DNA of 64,000 nucleotides from an uncultured Limimonas sp. (GTDB taxonomy: Bacteria; Pseudomonadota; Alphaproteobacteria; Kiloniellales; Rhodovibrionaceae): assembly GCA_913055855.1 (NCBI GenBank), contig CAJXKW010000002.1, positions 9,150 to 73,149 of the forward strand, given 5' to 3'. The notes under the pieces are model-generated. The model did no database searches. It was not told the DNA's origin and saw only the letters and a program-made list of their open reading frames with translations. Position numbers and translations under genes: made by a program. Shown here in pieces: positions 1 to 9,723 of the stretch; positions within the stretch are counted from its first letter, which is position 1; each line of letters starts with the position of its first letter.

Positions 1-819
1 ATTGGCGAACGGCCCGCCGTGAATGAACGCCGGGTTGTGCTCCAGCGTCTGCACGATGTTCGGCATCATGGCGTCGCGCAGCAGCACGGAGAGCGGCCCC
101 GGCGCCTCGAGCTGCCCGGCCGTGATGGGTTCCTTCTTACGCGTATAGCCCACGATGATCTTGCCGATGCGCTCGGCCAGATCATTGAGGTCCGTGGCGA
201 GGCAGAAGATCGCCATGATCTCCGAAGCGACGGTGATGTCGAAGCCGTCCTCGCGGGTGAAGCCGTTGGCGACGCCGCCCTGCGCGATCGTGGTCTGGCG
301 CAGGGCGCGGTCGTTCATGTCCAGCACCCGGCGCCAGGCGATGCGGCGGGTGTCGAAGCCCAGCTCGTTGCCCCAGTGGATGTGGTTGTCGATGAGCGCG
401 GCGAGCAGGTTGTGCGCCGAGGTGATGGCGTGAAAGTCGCCGGTGAAGTGGAGGTTGATGTCCTCCATGGGCAGCACCTGCGCATAGCCGCCGCCCGCGG
501 CCCCGCCCTTGACGCCGAAGCAGGGGCCCAGGGACGGCTCGCGCAGACAGATCGCGGCTTTCTTGCCGATGCGGTTGAGCGCGTCGCCCAGGCCCACGGT
601 CGTGGTGGTCTTGCCCTCGCCCGCGGGCGTGGGGTTGATCGCGGTGACCAGGATCATCTTGCCGTCGGGGCGATTCCCGACGGACTTGAGGTAATCATAG
701 GACACTTTCCCTTTGTACGGGCCGTATTCGAGGATGGCGTCCTCGGGAATCTCCAGCTTCCCGGCAACCTCCTTGATCCGTTTCATCTCCGCCGCGCGGG
801 CGATCTCGATATCGCTCAT
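1..819 (-). CDS. fhs: formate--tetrahydrofolate ligase, N-terminal part (gene runs off the window's left edge)
   Basis: My reverse-strand translation from the ATG at 819-817 gives [39 protein letters not shown]...[19 protein letters not shown]...[13 protein letters not shown], the typical FTHFS N-terminus with its P-loop. It is absent from the ORF track because it is open-ended. The track ORF 19..855(+) is its antisense. Confidence 0.9.
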   Translation of the reverse strand, partial: MSDIEIARAAEMKRIKEVAGKLEIPEDAILEYGPYKGKVSYDYLKSVGNRPDGKMILVTAINPTPAGEGKTTTTVGLGDALNRIGKKAAICLREPSLGPCFGVKGGAAGGGYAQVLPMEDINLHFTGDFHAITSAHNLLAALIDNHIHWGNELGFDTRRIAWRRVLDMNDRALRQTTIAQGGVANGFTREDGFDITVASEIMAIFCLATDLNDLAERIGKIIVGYTRKKEPITAGQLEAPGPLSVLLRDAMMPNIVQTLEHNPAFIHGGPFAN

Positions 820-1023
820 AGGCCGTGCCTCCCCAATACTGCTCGCAGTGCCTGATGGCGCCCGGAACGCGCGTCCAGACCGCCGACGTCCCGGCGCAAA
901 GCCGCGCAGAACGCTAACCCGCGGCCTCTCGTCGCAATGTCGTTACACCGACGGCGTTTCGGCAGGTTTCCGCCATTGTCCTCCCTGTCGACACCGGCGC
1001 CGGCACCGGCACACGCCGGCGGG

Positions 1024-1905
1024 TCAGATCTTCCGGCTTTCGCGCGGGATGCCGATGTTCCAGGCGAGCCGGCTGACCTCGCGGTGAATCAGGTCGAGGT
1101 TGGAATCGCGGACGGTGGGCAATTGATAGCGCGCGCGCTTGACCTGGCCGTAGTCGATGGTGGCGGTGATGAGTTCTTCGCCGGCCCCGGCCTGCGCCAG
1201 GTTCTCGCCGAAGGCGTCGACGATCCGGCTGCCGCCCCAGAACACGGCCTCGCCTTCCTGCACGGCGAGGTTGGCGACGAGCAGCGGCATGCCGTAGATC
1301 ATGGCGAAGAAGCGCAGCGCCAGCGTCCAGTTGTCCGGATTCGAGAACTCGCCGGAAACCGCGTTGTCCGCCGAGGCGATGGGGACGTTGAGCACGGTCG
1401 CGCCGTGCACGGCCGTAAGGTGCACCAGCGCCGGGTTCCACAGGTCGGCGCAGATCAGCGTGGCGGCGCGCCAGGGCGTGGCCGTCAGGTCGAAGGTGTC
1501 GACGTAGCGCCCTTCCGCGAAGTGCTTGTCCTCTTCCAGGTTGCCGTAGCTGGCGAGGTTGAGCTTGCGGTGGATGAACGCGATTTCGCCGTCGCGCACC
1601 GTGATCGCCGCGTTGTGGAGCTGCGCCGCGACCCCTTCCTCGATGAAACCGAAGGTGGTCCACATCGGCCCGGCCGCCCGGGCGATCTCGTCGATCACGG
1701 GATCATCGCGGTGCAGCGCCAGCTCGACCGCCTGCTGGCGCACCGAATAGCCGGTGAGGGACAGCTCGGCGAAAAGCAGCGCGTCCAGTCCCAGCGTACG
1801 CGCGCGCTGGATCATCTCCAGGTGCTTGGCCTTGTTGGCCTCGACATCACCCAGAACCGTCTCGATCTGGGCCACACCCACGCGTAGCTGCTCCGAACGC
1901 CCCAT
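1024..1905 (-). CDS. carbon-nitrogen hydrolase (nitrilase/amidohydrolase superfamily)
   Basis: The 293-aa ORF reads VGVAQIETVLGDVEANKAKHLEMIQRA...LLFAELSLTGY...ATLICADLWNP. This fits the CN-hydrolase Glu/Lys/Cys signature context. Confidence 0.75.
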   Translation of the reverse strand: MGRSEQLRVGVAQIETVLGDVEANKAKHLEMIQRARTLGLDALLFAELSLTGYSVRQQAVELALHRDDPVIDEIARAAGPMWTTFGFIEEGVAAQLHNAAITVRDGEIAFIHRKLNLASYGNLEEDKHFAEGRYVDTFDLTATPWRAATLICADLWNPALVHLTAVHGATVLNVPIASADNAVSGEFSNPDNWTLALRFFAMIYGMPLLVANLAVQEGEAVFWGGSRIVDAFGENLAQAGAGEELITATIDYGQVKRARYQLPTVRDSNLDLIHREVSRLAWNIGIPRESRKI

Positions 1906-2044
1906 CCCTTGGGTCCCTGTCTCGTTATGCCCGCCGTTGTCTGCGCGCGAGCCTGCGCCATGGGCGCGCGGAAGGCAAGGCCGCGCCGGCGTGCGCGCCA
2001 GGGCCAGATGCGATCAGGATGGGGGCACCGGATCGCAGCGCGCG

Positions 2045-2722
2045 CTAGCCGTCCGCGGATGCCAGGCGCTCGGCCGCGTAGGGCGAATGCCCGGGCGGCC
2101 GGTCGAGAATGTCCGGATCGGCCGGCGGCGCGCCGGCGCGTTCACATCCGTCAACATGTGTCGTCTTGGGCCGGCCCAACGCCCTGACCTGCCCGGATTC
2201 CGTGCCGTTGACGCGGGCCCGCACGGCGGGAGTCTCGCGGGCCACGGCGTCGGCCTGCGTCAACACCGCCGCATCGGCCGCGGCCGCATCGGAGTCCGCG
2301 GTCGCGGCCGAATTCTCGGCGGCATCGGACTCGCCATCGGCTTCATCCGCGTCCGCACCCTCGCAGGCGACGTCGAAGCTGTCCGCGGGCAACTCCGGCA
2401 GGCCGAACTGGCGCGCCAGGCGCATCTGGGTGTCCACGCTGCGCAGCACCATGCGGTCGTCGCCGCGTTCGACGGCGCGGGCGCGCACGGCCTCGACCTC
2501 GGCCATCAGGCGCGCGCTCAGTGCCGCTTGCGCGCGCGCGTGGTCGGCGCGCAGCGCGTCCACCCGGGCCATCACCGCGGGCGTGTGCAGCAGCCGCGAC
2601 GCCTGCGCCCGCGCGGTGTTCGGCGCATAGCCCGCCTGCCGCGCCGCCTCGGCCGCCGACCCGGCGCCGCCCACGAACGCGCGGCAGAACGCCTCCTGCC
2701 GCGCGGTCAACTGCTGTGTCAT
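2045..2722 (-). CDS. phage terminase small subunit-like protein (P27/Terminase_4-like N-domain) with an acidic low-complexity C-terminus
   Basis: MTQQLTARQEAFCRAFVGGAGSAAEAARQAGYAPNTARAQASRLLHTPAVMARV resembles the terminase small-subunit HTH motif. The start is set at the internal ATG (2722). No other phage genes are nearby. Confidence 0.55.
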   Translation of the reverse strand: MTQQLTARQEAFCRAFVGGAGSAAEAARQAGYAPNTARAQASRLLHTPAVMARVDALRADHARAQAALSARLMAEVEAVRARAVERGDDRMVLRSVDTQMRLARQFGLPELPADSFDVACEGADADEADGESDAAENSAATADSDAAAADAAVLTQADAVARETPAVRARVNGTESGQVRALGRPKTTHVDGCERAGAPPADPDILDRPPGHSPYAAERLASADG

Positions 2723-2902
2723 GGCGCGTCTCCGTTGTCCGTGAGAACACAACACGAACATTGTGGCACGAATGGGCGTTCCTCGTCAAAGTCCCGACCG
2801 ATGCGGAAGGTCAAAATCCGACGGCGCGCGCTCGGCAACGGGCGTAGTCACGACCAAAAGAAATACGCTTGACGTACCGCGTATCGCTCGCCAGTTTGCC
2901 GT

Positions 2903-3187
2903 ATGATCCGGAGCTACGGGGACAAACGCACGGCGCGCTTCGCCGAGGGTCACCGTGTTCCGGAATTCGAGGCATTCCGCCGTCAGGCGGAAAAGCGTCT
3001 GCGGCTCCTGGAATCCGCGACGTGCATCGCCGATCTGACACAACTCCGCGGGAACCGGCTTGAAGCGCTCAAAGGCGATCGTCGCGGCCAGTACAGCATC
3101 CGGATCAACGACCGCTGGCGGATTTGCTTTGAATGGCCGGACGGGTCCGACGGCCCCGAAAACGTCGAGATCGTGGATTACCATTAG
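2903..3187 (+). CDS. higB: HigB-type toxin (RelE/ParE superfamily, plasmid maintenance system killer)
   Basis: The 94-aa ORF reads MIRSYGDKRTARFAEG...LRGNRLEALKGDRRGQYSIRINDRWRICFEW, a typical HigB/killer-protein sequence. It sits 9 nt upstream of an XRE antitoxin gene. Confidence 0.85.
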   Translation: MIRSYGDKRTARFAEGHRVPEFEAFRRQAEKRLRLLESATCIADLTQLRGNRLEALKGDRRGQYSIRINDRWRICFEWPDGSDGPENVEIVDYH

Positions 3188-3196
3188 GAGAGGCAT

Positions 3197-3508
3197 ATGG
3201 CTCGTACGCCCATTCACCCCGGCGAGATCCTGGCCGACGAGCTGGCCGAGCTCGGCATGAGCGCGGCCGAGCTGGCCCGCCTCCTCGACGTCCCGGCGAA
3301 CCGGATCAGCCAGATCCTGGCCGGCAAGCGCCGGATCAGCGCGGACACGGCCCTGCGCCTCGGCCATTATTTCGGTACGTCCCCAGATCTCTGGATGAAC
3401 CTGCAGAAGACCTACGAGCTGGACACGGCCCGCGCGGCCATCGGCGCCGAACTCGCGCGGCTGCCGCGGCGGGCGGACGAGCATGCTGCGGAAGGCCCAG
3501 CGGGGTGA
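3197..3508 (+). CDS. higA: HigA-type antitoxin (XRE-family HTH)
   Basis: The 103-aa ORF reads IHPGEILADELAELGMSAAELARLLDVPANRISQILAGKRRISADTALRLGHYFGTSPDLWMNLQ, the canonical HigA/VapI HTH. Confidence 0.85.
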   Translation: MARTPIHPGEILADELAELGMSAAELARLLDVPANRISQILAGKRRISADTALRLGHYFGTSPDLWMNLQKTYELDTARAAIGAELARLPRRADEHAAEGPAG

Positions 3509-3680
3509 CCGCGAGTAGGTTGGGTCGCGGCAGCCGTCGCGCCGAAACCCGATGGATGGTCGGTGTCAGCAGCATGTCAGGTAACGCTCGCCCGCGACCC
3601 GATCCAAATCTTACCCATCTTCGTGGCCCGACCGCGTTCAAGCGAATGCCCGCGGCACCAACCATTAAAGGATCGAGGCG

Positions 3681-4946
3681 CTAGAATCTCTCCTTTGCGG
3701 GCGGCAGACGCGGCCGCGGCAGGCGCAGCTTGGCGCCGAACCAGAGCGCCGTGACAAGCGCCGGAATGGCCGCGGCGAGGAACATGGTCCGCGGCCCCGC
3801 CGCAGCCGCGAGGAGCCCGGCCAGCGCCGGCCCCACGACGCTGCCGATCGCCATGCTGAGCAGGGTCGCCGTGAAGCCGAGCGTGCTGCGCCCGGGAAAC
3901 AACCGGACGCTCCAGAACGAAAAGACAGCACTGACCATCATGATGGCGGCGCCGTGCAATCCCGAGGCTGCGACAACGCCGCCCCACGATGTCGGTGCGA
4001 GCGCGATCAGCCACAGGGACAGCGTCGCAGCGGTAAAGATGATGCAGAACAGCGGCGCCAGCCCGATCCGACCTTCGATCCGCCCCGTCGCAAGACCGAG
4101 CACGCCGAAGGCGGCATAGCCGAGAAAGATGACAACCGATGCGCTTTCATTCGAAAGCCCCGGGAGGCCGCCTGCGCTGACCACGCGATCGGCCGCGAAC
4201 GACAGAAAGATGGCGTTCGTCATCCCGAAACAGAGGGCCGTGGTGTAAAGCGGTATCGCCGCGCGCTGCATCAGGCGGTTCTCGACCGCGACCGTTTCGG
4301 GCGTGGGCGCCGGTGCCAGGTTCGCCGGCAGGCTCGCCTGCACGATCTCCTTGAGCGCCGTGCGCGTCGTGTGTTTGCCCCGGCTCGGCGGCAGCCCGGC
4401 TTGCGCGACCCCGGCCAGCACGAGACCGCCAAGGGCAAACCCAGCCCAGGCACCGCGCCAGTCCAGCACCCCCTGTGTGACGGCGAGCGCAAGTCCGGCC
4501 GCGGCGGCAACGCCGAAGGTCGTTCCGGTGGAAACCACGGACAGCGCCGTCGCCCGGGCATGTTCGGGCACGACGCGCTCGGCGGCATCATTGAACGGCG
4601 CCCAGCACAGCCCCGCACTGGTTCCCGCGAGCGCGATCCCAACCGCCAGCAGCGCCGGGTCTCCGGCCGCGGCGACCGCTGCGAAACCGGCGGACGCCGC
4701 CAGCGCACCCGAGGTGACGGACACCCGCTCGCCAAACCGGCGACCGGTCCAGGCGCTCACGAGAAGCGCGACAAGGAACGCAAGGAAACCGCCACTCGCG
4801 ATCACGCCGGCCGTGGCGGTCGAAAGCGCGAACTCTTCCCGGAAGGCCGGGAGGAAGAGGCCGAACCCCATGCGCGCGGGACCGAAAGCAACAGCTGTCG
4901 CAAGAAAACCGGCGGCCGTCAGTTGGATAACTGGTCTCATTTTCAT
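3681..4946 (-). CDS. MFS transporter (YbfB/YjiJ-like)
   Basis: The 421-aa ORF is about 12 hydrophobic segments rich in Gly/Ala. The N-terminus reads GPARMGFGLFLPAFREEF. Confidence 0.65.
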   Translation of the reverse strand: MKMRPVIQLTAAGFLATAVAFGPARMGFGLFLPAFREEFALSTATAGVIASGGFLAFLVALLVSAWTGRRFGERVSVTSGALAASAGFAAVAAAGDPALLAVGIALAGTSAGLCWAPFNDAAERVVPEHARATALSVVSTGTTFGVAAAAGLALAVTQGVLDWRGAWAGFALGGLVLAGVAQAGLPPSRGKHTTRTALKEIVQASLPANLAPAPTPETVAVENRLMQRAAIPLYTTALCFGMTNAIFLSFAADRVVSAGGLPGLSNESASVVIFLGYAAFGVLGLATGRIEGRIGLAPLFCIIFTAATLSLWLIALAPTSWGGVVAASGLHGAAIMMVSAVFSFWSVRLFPGRSTLGFTATLLSMAIGSVVGPALAGLLAAAAGPRTMFLAAAIPALVTALWFGAKLRLPRPRLPPAKERF

Positions 4947-5170
4947 CCTTCTCGGTCCCGGAGGGCATCTGTTTTTGGTAACGGAATTGCCGAAACACGG
5001 TGGTCGCTTGGGCTGCGGCCGCTAAACCGAAAACCAACCGGGCGGGGATACGTCGGCTCTCGCTCACGCGCGGGCCAACCTAGCGCGTGCGGCCAGGCGG
5101 GGCCAGCCGAGGGATCGGCGGACACCGTGCGCGCTTGTCTTGCGCCGCGCCATGCGCTACCTCCCGCGGT

Positions 5171-5638
5171 ATGGAGGCACAAGGGCAGGTTTGGCTGACA
5201 GTCGATCCGGATCAGGTGTGGTGGTCCATGACGGACCCCGAGGTGCTGCGCGTCTGCGTTCCGGGCTGCAAGCACGTCGACCGCGACGGCCCGTACGCGT
5301 ACCGCTTCACCCTCTCGGGCCGCTGGGGCGTCATCCACGCCGCCTTCCACGTCCACGTGACCATCCATGACCTGGAGCCCGCGGACGCCGAGACCCCGCG
5401 CCGCTACTGGCTGTCCGCGCACGGTGAGGGGCCGCTCGGCCTCGCCCGCGGCCGCTCCCACGTGGAACTGGCACCGAAGCCGGGCGGCACCTACCTGATC
5501 TACGACGCCGCCGGCGATCCCGACGACCGGCTGAGCCGCCTGGGCGGGCCGCTGCTGCGCAAGGTGGCGGACAGCCTCTCGCGCAAATTCTTTACCCGCT
5601 TCGCCAACGCCGTGAACGGTGCGCCCGTCTCGTCGTGA
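5171..5638 (+). CDS. SRPBCC/CoxG-family protein
   Basis: MEAQGQVWLTVDPDQVWWSMTDPEVLRVCVPGCKHVD...GTYLIYDAAGDP...KFFTRF follows the CoxG pattern. The start is set at an internal ATG of ORF 5087..5638. Confidence 0.6.
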   Translation: MEAQGQVWLTVDPDQVWWSMTDPEVLRVCVPGCKHVDRDGPYAYRFTLSGRWGVIHAAFHVHVTIHDLEPADAETPRRYWLSAHGEGPLGLARGRSHVELAPKPGGTYLIYDAAGDPDDRLSRLGGPLLRKVADSLSRKFFTRFANAVNGAPVSS

Positions 5639-5665
5639 CCGCGGCCCCGTGGGCGCAGCCCCCCG

Positions 5666-6382
5666 TCACGCCGTCAGGTCCAGGCCCATCTGCCAGAAAT
5701 CGGCCTCCAGGCGGGTGGCATTGCGGAAAATTGCCACCAGCCCCGACCAGCGCGGCGACGCCGCGGGATCGGACCCGAGCCGCTGTTCGGCCACACGGTC
5801 GATCTGGGTGACCGCGTTGCGCGAAACCTGCTGGAATTCCTCGCCGCCGTAGAGTTCGATCCAGGCGCGGTAGGGATTGTCCGCGAGCTTTGTCGCCGGG
5901 TCGGCGATCATACGCGCGCCGATCTCGCCGTAGCCACAGGCGCACGGCGAGAGCGCGACGAGCAGGTCCAGCAGATCGCCCGCCATGCCGGCCTCCAGGA
6001 CATAGCGCGTGTACGCCAGCGTGGCGCGCGACTCCGGTGTCGCAATCATGTCCTGCTCGTCCAGCCCCCACTTCGCGCAGTAATCGACGTGCAGTTGCAT
6101 CTCCGTCTGGAGCAGCGCCGTCACCGCAGCGGCTGCCTCGCGCATCTCGGCCAGACGGTCCGCCTTGTAGACCGCCAACGCATACGCGCGCGCGAACTGG
6201 ATCAGGAAGAGATAGTCCTGGACCAGATAGTGTCGGAAATTGCGCTCGGGTAGCGTACCCGCGGCCACCTGCGCCACAAACGCGTGCTGGGTATAGGCCG
6301 TCCAGTCCGACGCGCACGCGGCGCGCAACTGCCCCACCACGCTGGACGCCGGAATGGGGGATTCGGGAAACGCGGCCATCAT
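5666..6382 (-). CDS. tenA: TenA-family aminopyrimidine aminohydrolase (thiaminase II)
   Basis: The 238-aa ORF reads HAFVAQVAAGTLPERNFRHYLVQDYLFLIQFARAYALAVYK...SPCACGYGEIG, a TenA/PqqC-like signature. Confidence 0.75.
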   Translation of the reverse strand: MMAAFPESPIPASSVVGQLRAACASDWTAYTQHAFVAQVAAGTLPERNFRHYLVQDYLFLIQFARAYALAVYKADRLAEMREAAAAVTALLQTEMQLHVDYCAKWGLDEQDMIATPESRATLAYTRYVLEAGMAGDLLDLLVALSPCACGYGEIGARMIADPATKLADNPYRAWIELYGGEEFQQVSRNAVTQIDRVAEQRLGSDPAASPRWSGLVAIFRNATRLEADFWQMGLDLTA

Positions 6383-6404
6383 GTACGCCCCGCTCGTGCT
6401 TGGC

Positions 6405-6734
6405 CTATTCCATCCAGTTGGTGACCTGTTCGGGCAGCCGGACCACGAGCCCGTCCAGCTCGTCGCGCATGACGATCTGGCAGCCCAGCCGCGAGGTCTT
6501 GGTCAGCCCGAACGCGAGGTCGAGCATGTCCTCCTCGTCTTCCGACGGGGCGTCCAGCTTCTTGTACCACGCCTTGTCCACGATCACGTGGCAGGTCGAG
6601 CAGGCCAGCGAGCCCTCGCAGGCGCCCTCCATATCGATGTCATTGCGATGCGCGATCTCCAGCACGGACAGGCCGTTGGGCGCGTCCACCTCCTTGCGGC
6701 TGCCGTCCTTCTGGATGAACGTCATCTTGGGCAT
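6405..6734 (-). CDS. fdx: 2Fe-2S ferredoxin (adrenodoxin/Fdx type)
   Basis: [53 protein letters not shown]...LGCQI carries the CX5CX2C...C ligand pattern. Confidence 0.85.
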   Translation of the reverse strand: MPKMTFIQKDGSRKEVDAPNGLSVLEIAHRNDIDMEGACEGSLACSTCHVIVDKAWYKKLDAPSEDEEDMLDLAFGLTKTSRLGCQIVMRDELDGLVVRLPEQVTNWME

Positions 6735-6790
6735 GGTATCGTGTTCCCCCGATCCTCCGCATGCGCGTCGCGCCAATCCGGCGGCGCGCG

Positions 6791-7993
6791 TTACGCCTGC
6801 AACCGGGTTGCGCCGCTGTCGCGCAGACGCTGTGCCGCGCCGGCGATCTCGGCAACCGCCCGGTCGACCTCGTCCGCCGTGGTATAGCGCCCCAGGCCGA
6901 TGCGCAAGCTGGCGGCCGCGTCGGCATCCGACAAGCCGAGCGCGCTGAGCACGTAGGACGGCTCGACCGCGGCCGAGGAACAGGCCGAGGCGGTGGAGAG
7001 CGCGAGCCCGGGCACGGCTTCGATCAGCGTCTCCGCGTCGAGACCCGGAATACAGATGTTCAAATTCCCTGGAATCCGTGCGGTTTCGTCCCCGTTAACG
7101 TACGCATCGGGCACACGTTCCATAAGCCCATCGCGCAGCCGGCGATACAGCGCGTCCAGGTGCGCCCGCTCATCCGCCATGACCTCGCCGGCGATCCGGC
7201 ACGCAGCCCCCAGCCCGACGGCCAGCGGCGCCGGAACGGTGCCCGAACGCAGGCCGCGCTCCTGCCCGCCCCCGTCCATGAGCGGCTCCAGGCGGGCGCG
7301 CGGCCGGCGGCGGACGTAAAGGGCGCCGATCCCCTTGGGGCCGTAGATCTTGTGCCCGGAAATCGACATCAGGTCGACGGGCAGCTCGGTCGTGTCGATG
7401 GGGATCTTCCCCGCCGCCTGCGCCGCGTCGACGTGGAACATCACACCCTTCTCGCGGCAGATCGCACCGATCTCGGCGAGCGGCTGGATCACCCCGATCT
7501 CGTTGTTCACCGCCATCACCGAGACCAGCGCCGTGTCCGGCCGGATGGCGTCGGCGACCGCCTGCGGATCCACGAGGCCGTTGGCCCGTACGGGCAGATA
7601 GGTGACGGCAAAGCCTTCCTGCTCCAGGCGCTGGCAACTCGCCAGGACGCACTTGTGCTCGGTAACCGGCGTGACGACGTGCTGCTTCCCGCGCGCGGCA
7701 TGAAAACGCGCCCCGCCCTTGATCGCGGTGTTGTTCGATTCGGTCGCGCCCGAGGTGAAGATCACCTCGCGCGGTTCGGCTTGGATCAGCGCCGCGACGT
7801 CACGCCGCGCCTGCGCCACCGCCGCCTCCGCATCGCGCCCGTAGCGGTGGTGGACGCTGTGCGGATTGCCGAAGGATGCCGCGAAGTACGGCCACATCGC
7901 CTCGCGCACCCGCGGATCGACCGGGGTCGTGGCCTGGTAGTCGAGGTAGATGGGCGCGGCCTCCGCCGCGGAATGGACAGCCGTGTCGGTCAT
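6791..7993 (-). CDS. iscS: cysteine desulfurase (IscS/NifS class I)
   Basis: [23 protein letters not shown]...[18 protein letters not shown]...SACSS are PLP-lysine and active-site Cys-loop motifs. The start is set at ATG 7993 because the track start at 8041 is a TTG abutting the upstream stop. Confidence 0.85.
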   Translation of the reverse strand: MTDTAVHSAAEAAPIYLDYQATTPVDPRVREAMWPYFAASFGNPHSVHHRYGRDAEAAVAQARRDVAALIQAEPREVIFTSGATESNNTAIKGGARFHAARGKQHVVTPVTEHKCVLASCQRLEQEGFAVTYLPVRANGLVDPQAVADAIRPDTALVSVMAVNNEIGVIQPLAEIGAICREKGVMFHVDAAQAAGKIPIDTTELPVDLMSISGHKIYGPKGIGALYVRRRPRARLEPLMDGGGQERGLRSGTVPAPLAVGLGAACRIAGEVMADERAHLDALYRRLRDGLMERVPDAYVNGDETARIPGNLNICIPGLDAETLIEAVPGLALSTASACSSAAVEPSYVLSALGLSDADAAASLRIGLGRYTTADEVDRAVAEIAGAAQRLRDSGATRLQA

Positions 7994-8041
7994 GGCTGGA
8001 GCCTCATCCGTCGCGCCGATACCGTACGGGGAAGATGGCAA

Positions 8042-9157
8042 TCACGCCGCCGCGTGGCGATGGGCACGGCGGCGTTCGGCGAGATCGCACCATACCGCCA
8101 GGAACCGGTCGAGGGCACATTCCCGGCTGTTCCAGCCCAGGCTGACCCGGATCGCCGATCCCGGCTCGCGCGCGCCCATCGCCGACAGCACGTGGGAATC
8201 CTGCACCTTGCCCGAGGAACAGGCCGAGCCCGAGGACACCGCGATTCCCGCCAGGTCGAGCTTCATGACCTGCGTCTCCGCGGGCACGCCGGGCAGGCCC
8301 AGACAACTCGTATTGGGCAGGCGCGGCGCTTCGGCGCCGTGAACGACGGCGTCGGGAACGTGCGCCGCGGCCGCCGCCTCCATGCGGTCGCGCCACGCCG
8401 CGACCGTGGCCATATGGCCGTCGTCCTCGGCGGCGCACGCCGCGGCCGCGCCGAAGCCCGCAATCGCCGGGACGTTCTCCGTCCCCGCCCGATAGCCGCG
8501 TTCCTGCCCGCCACCGCGCAGGTACGCCGGCACGGGCGCCGCGTCCGCGATGACCAGGGCGCCGGCGCCCTGCGGCCCGCCCAGCTTGTGCGCCGACAGG
8601 GTGAGCAGATCGACGCCCAGGGCTGCCATATCCACGGGGATCTTCCCCGCCGCCTGCACGGCGTCGCAGTGCACGCGCACGCCGTGGGCATGCGCGATCC
8701 GGGCGATTTCCGCCACCGGCTGGATCACGCCGGTCTCGTTGTTGGCGAGCATGACCGACACAAGGCCCGGTCGTGGCGGCGTGGCCAGCACCCGCCGAAG
8801 CGCCTCGGGATCCACGCGCCCCGCCGCGTCCACCGGAAGCGTCTCGGCGTGCGCCAGCGTGCGCCGGACGGACTCGTGCTCCACGGCCGAAACGAGCACG
8901 CGCTCGCCGGCGTGCGCGCACAGGGCCGTGTTGTTGGCCTCTGTGCCGCCGCCGGTGAAGACGACCTGCGCCGGATCGCCCCCGATGAGGCCCGCCACCC
9001 GCTCGCGCGCGGTTTCGACACGTCGCCGGGCGTCGCGGCCGAAGCGATGCACCGACGAGGCATTCCCCACCGCGCGCATCGCCTCGGCCGCAGCCTCGAC
9101 CGCAGCCGGCCGGAGCGGTGCGGTTGCATTGTGGTCGAGGTAGACCGGATCGGGCAT
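8042..9157 (-). CDS. second cysteine desulfurase (NifS-like aminotransferase class V)
   Basis: VYLDHNATAPLRPAAVEA...SAHKLGGPQGAGALVI...SSGSACSSGKV. It lies in tandem with the previous desulfurase. Confidence 0.8.
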   Translation of the reverse strand: MPDPVYLDHNATAPLRPAAVEAAAEAMRAVGNASSVHRFGRDARRRVETARERVAGLIGGDPAQVVFTGGGTEANNTALCAHAGERVLVSAVEHESVRRTLAHAETLPVDAAGRVDPEALRRVLATPPRPGLVSVMLANNETGVIQPVAEIARIAHAHGVRVHCDAVQAAGKIPVDMAALGVDLLTLSAHKLGGPQGAGALVIADAAPVPAYLRGGGQERGYRAGTENVPAIAGFGAAAACAAEDDGHMATVAAWRDRMEAAAAAHVPDAVVHGAEAPRLPNTSCLGLPGVPAETQVMKLDLAGIAVSSGSACSSGKVQDSHVLSAMGAREPGSAIRVSLGWNSRECALDRFLAVWCDLAERRRAHRHAAA

Positions 9158-9196
9158 GCGCCATCCGCCTTCACGCGGCGGCCGCTGGGCCGCCGC

Positions 9197-9673
9197 TCAT
9201 GACGTCACCAAGGTTTCCTTCATCTCCGCGCCGGGCACGCGCGGCTCCACACTGGAGAGCCCGATGCGCCCCTCGATGACGTCGGCCAGGGTCACCGAGG
9301 CCAGATACAGATAGATCTGGTTGCTCAGCTCCTCCCACAGGTCATGGGTCATGCATTGCGCCGCATTGTCCCGGCAACCGAAGGGCTGGCCCGGCGAGCA
9401 GCGCGTCGCGCGCACGGGCTCGTCCACAGCCATGATGATGTCGGACACGGGCATCTCCTCGGCGGGCCGCGCGAGCAGATAGCCGCCGCCGGGGCCGCGG
9501 ACGCTGTTGACCAGCCCGCCCCGGCGCAGCTTGGCAAAAAGCTGCTCCAGATAGGACAGGGAGATGTCCTGACGCTCGGCAATATCCGCCAGGGCAACGG
9601 GCCGGCCCGTACGGTGGCCGGCGAGGTCGCACATCGCCATGACGGCGTAGCGGCCCTTGGCACTCATCTTCAT
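9197..9673 (-). CDS. iscR: Rrf2-family transcriptional regulator (IscR-like)
   Basis: MKMSAKGRYAVMAMCDLA...ISLSYLEQLFAKLRRGGLVNSVRGPGGGYLLAR is the Rrf2 HTH. Cys residues are present in the C-terminal half. Confidence 0.8.
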   Translation of the reverse strand: MKMSAKGRYAVMAMCDLAGHRTGRPVALADIAERQDISLSYLEQLFAKLRRGGLVNSVRGPGGGYLLARPAEEMPVSDIIMAVDEPVRATRCSPGQPFGCRDNAAQCMTHDLWEELSNQIYLYLASVTLADVIEGRIGLSSVEPRVPGAEMKETLVTS

Positions 9674-9723
9674 CTCTCGACCGCCTCCACGCTCTCAAGC
9701 CTCGTGGTTGGACATACGCCGGA

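Noticed and set aside
19-855. 278-aa plus-strand ORF at the left edge
   Set aside because: The opposite strand encodes an unmistakable formate-tetrahydrofolate ligase N-terminus. It is open-ended, which is why it is missing from the ORF track.
820-1023. Possible ZTP (pfl) or folate-type riboswitch in the 200-nt leader upstream of fhs
   Set aside because: I read the minus-strand leader. I could not find the conserved ZTP elements (GGGUCGUGAC...GGCG... and the 3' CCGCCUGGGC pseudoknot partner). Only a loose GGCGGTCTGGAC resemblance is present. An Infernal/Rfam scan would be needed.
3522-3600. 9-bp inverted repeat GGGTCGCGG / CCGCGACCC separated by 61 nt, downstream of higA
   Set aside because: A single short GC-rich inverted repeat in about 70% GC DNA is expected by chance. 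There are no flanking direct repeats or second copy in the window to support a MITE or att site.
6761-9202. 813-aa plus-strand ORF, and similar long ORFs at 11363..12559(+), 15371..17893(+), 18670..21153(+), 21452..23824(+), 24688..26505(+), 25947..27521(+), 27154..28836(+), 38253..40370(+), 47689..49536(-), 51294..53033(+), 53012..54730(+), 60532..62652(+)
   Set aside because: All are antisense to ORFs with strong family signatures (cysteine desulfurases, AnmK, ribosomal proteins, SecY, VgrG and others). They have Arg/Pro/Gly-dominated low-complexity translations. They are high-GC artefacts.
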